Assembly: GCA_009859145.1 (NCBI GenBank)
Contig: VRVR01000028.1
Coordinates: 1 to 6,624, forward strand
Direction: 5' to 3'
Length of the DNA: 6,624 nt
Origin: Andalucia godoyi And28
Taxonomy: Eukaryota; Protista; Jakobida
How positions within the stretch are numbered: the stretch's first letter is position 1; each line of letters opens with the position of its first letter. A program made the translations under genes and the position numbers. Positions 1 through 6,300 of this stretch are shown here, one piece after another. Under the pieces are notes generated by a model, which was given only the letters and a program-made list of their open reading frames with translations, ran no database searches and was not told the DNA's origin.

Positions 1-10
1 CGTACTACGG

Positions 11-58
11 TCGCTACCGGACATGTCGACACATCACTTAGGCGTGTCCGGAGAGCGA
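11..58. repeat. Imperfect inverted repeat / hairpin
   Basis: TCGCT(11-15)/AGCGA(54-58) and CCGGACA(17-23)/TGTCCGG(45-51) are exact reverse complements. Confidence 0.75.
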
Positions 59-106
59 GGGCCCGTCGACGCCGTCTGCGTGCGCAAACACATGGAGCAC
101 ATATTC

Positions 107-120
107 AATAAAGTTTTATT
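107..120. promoter_or_regulatory. Back-to-back AATAAA poly(A)-signal-like palindrome
   Basis: AATAAA-GT-TTTATT gives AATAAA on both strands. AATAAAGTT recurs at 440-448. Function is inferred. Confidence 0.35.
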
Positions 121-360
121 CTAAATAACCTCGCTGCAGCATCCAACATCCGCGGAGCTATTCGCGCCCCCGAGGTACACGATTGCATGCCAATGAATGC
201 ACACGGGACGGCGCGCCACACACGCATCCGGCCTCGTGTCGGGACGCCCGTTGCGTAACTACCGCAACAACATGTGCTGCACACAGTGGCACACGCAGCG
301 GGATGCGAAACCAGCACCCCGTGGGCGTCCCATAAGTACTCCCCCCACTACACAAAAATA

Positions 361-377
361 CCCTAACCTAACCCTAG
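361..377 (+). repeat. Short telomere-like tract (CCCTAA-CCTAA-CCCTA-G)
   Basis: Sequence ccctaacctaaccctag; the minus strand reads CTAGGG TTAGG TTAGGG. Confidence 0.65.
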
Positions 378-501
378 GACGGGCGGCCCGGACGGTTTCG
401 CCGTCTGCTGCGTATTTGCGGGTCCTGTGCGGCGTATGAAATAAAGTTATGTCTTTGTTTACAAGTATCGTCTACACTGACGTTCCGGGCCCGCCGTCCT
501 A
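375..501. repeat. Inverted repeat pair flanked by TA on both sides (MITE-like or subterminal IR)
   Basis: 377-392 GGACGGGCGGCCCGGA versus the reverse complement of 484-499, GGACGGCGGGCCCGGA: 14/16 identical. TA at 375-376 and 500-501. Internal hairpin GACGG-TTTCG-CCGTC at 391-405. Confidence 0.7.
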
Positions 502-747
502 TGCTTTTCTCTCAGTTTTCTCCTTGCCACCGACGTACGTTAATGTCGCTTCCATACTTCCTCATTCCAAGGTTTTCGCACACCGCACGCAACCCCGCAT
601 GCGCGGGTAGCGTTGAACACACCCACTACCGGCATTTGATTCTTACGCAGTCAATGGCATGCGTTCCGCCAGGCATGTCTTGTTGGAACTGTCTTTTGTT
701 TTTGCTGGTTTTGTTTTCTTGTGTTTGTTTTTCGTTTTTGTCAAAAG

Positions 748-907
748 TACTTCACTTGAGTGAAGTGATTTTCCCGATAGTGTCGTCTGTTTTGTTTTCT
801 GCGCCGGCTTTGTTTTTTCTACCCTACTTCACGACATCCAAGTTAGGTTTTTCTCATGATACTTTGTTCTTTATTTTTCTTCTCCGCTACTTCACCTGTG
901 TGAAGTA
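748..907. repeat. Three TACTTCAC motifs forming hairpins within a T-rich tract
   Basis: ACTTCAC-TTGA-GTGAAGT (749-766), TACTTCAC (825-832, degenerate partner AAGTTAGG at 840-847) and TACTTCAC-CTGT-GTGAAGTA (888-907). Confidence 0.75.
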
Positions 908-1059
908 TTTTTTATTTCTCTGATGTAATGTGTGTTTTTATTTGCAGTAACGTGTAGCTTTCATTATTATGATCATTTTGTTTCAAAATCGCACCTTGTT
1001 CTTGTTTGTAATTTTACGGCGCTACATCTTTCTCGTGCTGTCCTCGTAACTGTAGTGAA

Positions 1060-3276
1060 ATGAACACTTCAAAATTGTGGAAACTAGGTGAGATTTGGGA
1101 TGTTTTGACCGCCTCGACAAAGCTGGAACTAGAATCCTGGGCAAATAGAAAGCCGACAATAATCATTGATCTGGTCGACGGCCCGGACTCAGGAGATCAG
1201 AACTCATCTTCAGGATTAATTGTTGTGGAAACGTCGAAACAGAAATGCGATGTATTTCATACCATCAAGCAGAACAAGGACGTTTGTGTTGAAGCAAGCC
1301 CAAATGCAAATGACAAGATAGCGGGGGTGCGTTTGGCGGACTGGCCAACTGTGGACTCACCCCCTGCATCCTGTTTACAAACTGGTTACGCATCAGACAT
1401 TACTGCAAGCGCCGCTGTGGAACCGATTACACTTTCAGCAGATGCAACTTCGTTACTGGATACATCCATCTTTTCTAATCCGAACACTTCCTCTATAACC
1501 ACGAAACAGAGAAAACAAATACGGCGTCCACCAAGGGTTGTGGCAAATCATCCCACAACTACCATCGCTCCACAATATCCTGTCCACAGGGTCAGTGTCG
1601 ACAAGAAACTTTGGCTCCATATCAAAGACGATTTGGCGGTCTTGAATTCCGCATCACCAGGAAGGTTTTTCGAAGGCGTGTCTGGGTGGCCCTCTGCCAT
1701 ATGCGAAAGGAAGCATGTATCGTTTATTCGATATTTACAAGCGGGAGTTAAGGACAGCCTTGCGGAAATTCGTATGGACGTGCTCCAGAGGACGAAGTGG
1801 GAGGAAATTACGCATCTTATCATCTCTGGAATGCGGGATGACACGGTTTCATCAGTCTCGTCTCTCGCTGCATTGGTTAAAGGAGGGCACGAATTCGCGA
1901 GGCTTCTCGAATTCAAGGCGGCGATATGCGTTGCTGAGATGTACCAAGAATCCAAATCTGTTCCCCTTGCCCTCCAGGAACGTCATGATGATGAAACACG
2001 TTGCATCCCAAATACATCTACGACGTCGCTGCCCTTGACTGTGAGACGGCGTAAGGACATTAAGGAAATGTATAAGATTCTTTCAGAAAATCGTTTGTTA
2101 CCGGAAGATGAAGCTAAGTGGACTGAGAATAGATTCTATCGCTTTCTCAGAGTAGGTCGCCTCCTGATGGCATACCCTGGGTTACTGCAACTGAACATGT
2201 TTGTCACCGTTACGGCGGTTAGTCATTTTGCAACAGACCTTTTCGAATTCTTACAGATGCCACAGAACACCGGAGTTTCTGGAACTCTGAGAAAACCGAG
2301 AATTTGGAATTCACCGTATGCGTTTCACGTTCTTGGCTCAGTGGACACTGTCCCCGTGGATCATGCAACTACGAAATGTTTGTACTGCGACTCCGAAGCT
2401 TCCTTCTACCCGCCAGCCTGTACTGGTTGTTTAAGCAACATCTACGGAATTAGAATTGATGTTTCTGAGATGGGTGGGCGCGAAGTATTTGCAACTCGGA
2501 ACATATTTAAAGGAGAAATTCTTTTCCGCTTCGATGGAATACTTCGGGAAAACGGGGTGGCCGATGCATCGGGAAAAGAATATTCTGCAATCTCTGCCGA
2601 CGGAAAGGTTTGCATCGATCCACACGATCTGCACAGGAGATGCATATTCTCAATGATGAATCATGCTTCTCAAACAGAGGATGACTGTAACTGTGCAATG
2701 GAAACAGATGTTGAGACCGGGCTAATTTTCTGCATTGTGCGATTCGACATTCAAAAAGGAGATCCACTCCGATATGAATATTCAAAAACGTATGATCCAC
2801 CTCTTCAAGTTGTCGCGGGCTCGTCCGTTGCAGAAAACAGGCTACATGTTCAAACAAGTGCAAGATCTTTTCATCCGTCACATTCAGCTGCGGAATGTGA
2901 TAATTGTAATCAGTTGGTCATGCCGGCAAACGAGGAACATCCTAGCTGCTCGGCGACTGATCCGATTCCGGTGACTCCCGCAAAAAGTGATCTTATTTCT
3001 CCCGCAGTGTCTCCAAGGCCCAAGAAACCACGTATTGCCTTGGAACAAACGAGGTACGATGCGTTTCTGCGTTTGTTACGAAATTACGTTCCGGCTTCAA
3101 AAGAGTTTACGGTTCGAAATTTCGGGTTCCTTTGGAAGCGCCAAGACTTGATTTCGTTTCAAAATCTGGGATCTTCGTGGGGTGATACCGTTATTTCGTG
3201 CCTTGAACAGGCAGCTGCTGAAGGAAAAGTAGTTAAGTTGTCCAGAAGCGAATACGTGAAAAGGGCAAATGCATGA
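1060..3276 (+). CDS. SET-domain-containing protein (738 aa): low-complexity N-terminus, unknown helical domain, Cys4 knuckle, SET domain, possible C-terminal winged helix
   Basis: Uninterrupted 738-aa ORF, ATG at 1060, TGA at 3274-3276, in-frame TAA upstream at 1009-1011. SET motifs appear in canonical order: GREVFATRNIFKGE (aa 473-486), FDG, MMNHA (aa 532-536), DIQKGDPLRYEY (aa 563-574). Confidence 0.88.
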   Translation: MNTSKLWKLGEIWDVLTASTKLELESWANRKPTIIIDLVDGPDSGDQNSSSGLIVVETSKQKCDVFHTIKQNKDVCVEASPNANDKIAGVRLADWPTVDSPPASCLQTGYASDITASAAVEPITLSADATSLLDTSIFSNPNTSSITTKQRKQIRRPPRVVANHPTTTIAPQYPVHRVSVDKKLWLHIKDDLAVLNSASPGRFFEGVSGWPSAICERKHVSFIRYLQAGVKDSLAEIRMDVLQRTKWEEITHLIISGMRDDTVSSVSSLAALVKGGHEFARLLEFKAAICVAEMYQESKSVPLALQERHDDETRCIPNTSTTSLPLTVRRRKDIKEMYKILSENRLLPEDEAKWTENRFYRFLRVGRLLMAYPGLLQLNMFVTVTAVSHFATDLFEFLQMPQNTGVSGTLRKPRIWNSPYAFHVLGSVDTVPVDHATTKCLYCDSEASFYPPACTGCLSNIYGIRIDVSEMGGREVFATRNIFKGEILFRFDGILRENGVADASGKEYSAISADGKVCIDPHDLHRRCIFSMMNHASQTEDDCNCAMETDVETGLIFCIVRFDIQKGDPLRYEYSKTYDPPLQVVAGSSVAENRLHVQTSARSFHPSHSAAECDNCNQLVMPANEEHPSCSATDPIPVTPAKSDLISPAVSPRPKKPRIALEQTRYDAFLRLLRNYVPASKEFTVRNFGFLWKRQDLISFQNLGSSWGDTVISCLEQAAAEGKVVKLSRSEYVKRANA
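2377..2430 (+). other. Putative Zn-binding Cys4 knuckle immediately before the SET domain
   Basis: CLYC-x10-CTGC (aa 440-457) seen in the translation. Metal binding is inferred. Confidence 0.55.
2443..2793 (+). other. SET domain (aa ~462-578 of ORF1), lysine methyltransferase-like
   Basis: Matches the SET consensus G-x-G-V-F-A-x-x-x-I-x-x-G-E ... N-H ... D-I-x-x-G-E-E-L-x-Y-D-Y. The NH motif (N534/H535) and terminal Tyr (Y574) are present. Motif I reads GRE instead of GxG. Confidence 0.85.
3037..3273 (+). other. Possible C-terminal winged-helix-like nucleic-acid-binding domain, preceded by an NLS-like basic motif
   Basis: RPKKPR (aa 653-658), then amphipathic helical segments ending in LEQAAAEGKVVKLSRSEY, which resembles a wHTH helix-G-strand-turn-strand wing. 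Pattern impression only. Confidence 0.3.
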
Positions 3277-3319
3277 TCGTTTATAAACATACAGGAAAGC
3301 ATGGGTTAGTACGGATACT

Positions 3320-6300
3320 TTACTGTTCATAGAAGGCTGAATGTATTTGCTTCAGTTGATCCATTGGACGAAGCGTCCATATTACTCGGGTTTCGTTCGG
3401 TGCCGGTGGAACGAGAACTCCTGACTGTAGGAATACTCGGTTTGATACATGAGACTTCAGTCTGTTTTCAAAACGACCCTCCGACAATGCAAGAAGAAAA
3501 TTCACGAACTGCTTGACTTGGTGCTCACGAAGTCCTAGTGATTCCCCAATTTGACGAAAAAAGGATTCCAGGCACGAACGGTCTTCCAAATGGGACTCAA
3601 AGCGAGGAAGCGAAGGCTGCTGAAGGCTCAACTTTCCATGATCCAGAACTGGGACGTTTGGTTTCACCCAACACACAAAGGGTAAGTCTACGCATGTTGT
3701 AAAGTGCATCTGAAGTGCTTCTTCGAAAACTGACAATAAATCTTTGTTCAGTGACGCCAAAATGTAGCAAACAGAAAGATAACGGTCAAACGCATTGCCT
3801 TTTCCAGGTGATGTGCGATTGTTGTTAACAACAGATGGCTTACCAGGAAAAACGGAGCACCAAATATCCTGCGGACCACAATCGTGGCGCTCCCATCCTT
3901 CTGCGAGAAGACTTGTGCATTTTCTGACCTCCGTTACTCCCAGCTCAAGGGTGGTAACAAATTCCTTCTCGTATGCTTTCACGAAATCGTCAAAAAATAA
4001 TATCATTCCATTGCCGTCTAGTTTCCGAAGAAATCCTTCGAGATCTCTCTCTTCACGCAACATTTTCTGGATGACTGCTCCATGAATTCCGTTCCCAGAA
4101 ACCTTCTTGGCATACCATGAATGCGGTACTCTAATGCGCTCTGACTGCTTGGTAACAACGAAATCGAATGGAAACATGTTCGACTGCATCGTAGAAGATT
4201 GGACCCACTCAACAAATCGTTTGTTATATCCTCCAAGATGCTTTTCGTTCCCGGATAGCAAATAATCCAATAGACACACTAACATAGACACCGATTCTTC
4301 AGATGATTCACATTTGTTTTCTACAACTTGCTGAATGCTTTCCAGCACCAGCACTGCGTACTTTTCCACAAGCGTATAAAGCGAACGTGTTTCGACAACA
4401 ACAAACTGATGCGCGTATCCATGTTCATTAAGACTATGCAGCTTGGAAATCATGGCTTCCTGGAATTCCAAAAGGATCCTACGATAATCTTTGGAGGTCA
4501 CTGAAACTTCGATACGTACACCGAATGACTGGTCTTTGCAGTAACGAACATTCTCCAAAAATCTTTGCTGTCCAGCAGTATTTTCATCTAACATAGCCCC
4601 GTTCTTCTTTTTCGTTGACGAATGGGCACAGTTTAGGGCACGAGTAGATCTCCACAAGTCCAGGAAAAACGTTGAACCGTCGAGCAGGTTCCTTTTGTAG
4701 GCATGAACATCCATCGTGTAAACTTTGATTTTGTGGATATCGTTGTTTTTTGGATAAACCGTAAACCCACCAAGTTCGGATGTGAAGAATCGCCGAAACA
4801 GTGTTTCATCCGGATGTGGTTCTCTGCGAACATTCGCAAAAACACTCAAAGGAGTGAAATACGCCGCAGGATTGAAAACCGCGGCAAAGTCCAGAGAACA
4901 CTGCGATGCTCGGTCAACTGCGAACGCTGAAAGTTCTTGTGGGAGCGCGTCTGCCTGAAATATTCGCTTCATGCCGTACTTCTGAAGGTAAAACACTGGG
5001 CGTTGCCCCTTCAGCTCCATCAGCATTGACGAAAAGGAAGCTGACACTAATTGCAGCTGATATGGCGAAAGAAGTACGTTTTCTCTCCCAGCCTCAAATC
5101 CAAAAGGCACTGACAGTCCGTTCTTCTTCAAGGACGCTAAAATGTTCTTCATCACGATTTCTCGACGGTTGTCGTTCTCAGAATCGTCAGTTGCGTGGCG
5201 GATCAGCATCCATACGCTGACGTTCCACGTGACGAACGAGCCAACATAAAAGACCTTTTTTCCGCTGAAAGACATGAAATTGCTTTTTTTGACAATTGGG
5301 GAAACACCTTTTGCCGTGAACGGAACAGAAAACATTGAATCCATCAATCCCATTGTGTCTCCCGACAGTTCGATTCCATCGAAATCAAAGGCACAAGTGA
5401 ACCTAATTCCCTGCTTGACAGAGAATACAAGAGGTTTTCTCTTCATCAAAACATCTGGCTCCGAGATGATAAGATCGAGTTCGTATCCTTCCATTAGCTG
5501 ATGAGCGTTCTGCGGAAATGCACGCTCGAGAAGTGTCGCCACACTAGACGCCTGTTCGTGCACGCCTTGTGGGGCACTGTGTGGATCCGTGTCAAGCACG
5601 CGGGCTGTTAACACCTCGATTTCGAAGAGTCGTGTCATTTTGCTTAGAACGAAGCTCGTTGCGGAATCGAGCTGTTTCCACTGCAACGGCAGACCGTACG
5701 CCATCCTCATCATCGCTGAAACACAGAAGACGCTCATGGAATACACATCTGACATGGAAGGAATTTTGTACGTCACACGCTCGCAGCGAACATGAGCAGG
5801 CACTTTCAGCAGCGGCAACATCGCCTGCACAAAACGAAGAACCGCGTCGCCTCTCTGCGCAAGGCAGTCGCCTGGATCGATAAGAGTCCATTTGTATCCA
5901 TAAAACCGATCCAACCGGAAAACGAAGCAGGAGAGTCTTGCGTCATCCCCCATTGCGGGAACAAATACCGTTTTCACATCTCGTGGATACACAAAACTGT
6001 CAAATGGCATTTGCTGATTTGCGACATACACATCCCACAGATGGAGTCCGTGACAGAAGGCGTCGTGCACTGAGCAGATCCTGTCAAATATACGCTCCAC
6101 TAAAATCGAGAGACATGTGTATGAAACTCGCTTCCCTGTGATAAAGGACTGGAATTCAGAAGCATCAATACGGCATCCCTCGACAATCACTGTCCGGCAT
6201 TGTGGAGGGATCTGACGAATGGTATCACTTCGTAATGTCTCTAGTCCTCCAGGTCCTGGCAAAACCTGTCTCGTATATATCACAGGTCTTGACACCCTTC

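Noticed and set aside
24-148. Solo LTR (TGT...AATAAA...CCAACA)
   Set aside because: No target-site duplication (GGACA versus TCCGC), no TGG primer-binding site, no second copy and no retroelement ORF.
105-439. Short ORFs (65-80 aa) in the GC-rich left region
   Set aside because: Short, overlapping on both strands, no motifs; GC-rich DNA has few stops.
200-500. HDV-like or hammerhead ribozyme
   Set aside because: No CTGAnGA/GAAA hammerhead core was found, and the 51-nt segment between the crossed helices is far longer than HDV P3/L3.
223-501. Telomerase-RNA-like gene (pseudoknot plus CTAACCCTA template at 368-376)
   Set aside because: In telomerase RNAs the template lies 5' of the pseudoknot, whereas here the order is reversed. 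I saw no other supporting element.
748-907. CRISPR array
   Set aside because: Repeats are only ~8-20 bp and degenerate, spacers are low-complexity T tracts, there are no cas genes, and the context appears eukaryotic.
501-923. 140-aa + strand ORF rich in F/L
   Set aside because: The composition is a by-product of the T-rich tract and the repeats; there is no domain signal.
1548-3330. Small alternative-frame and antisense ORFs overlapping ORF1
   Set aside because: Shadow ORFs inside or overlapping a long ORF with a clear domain.
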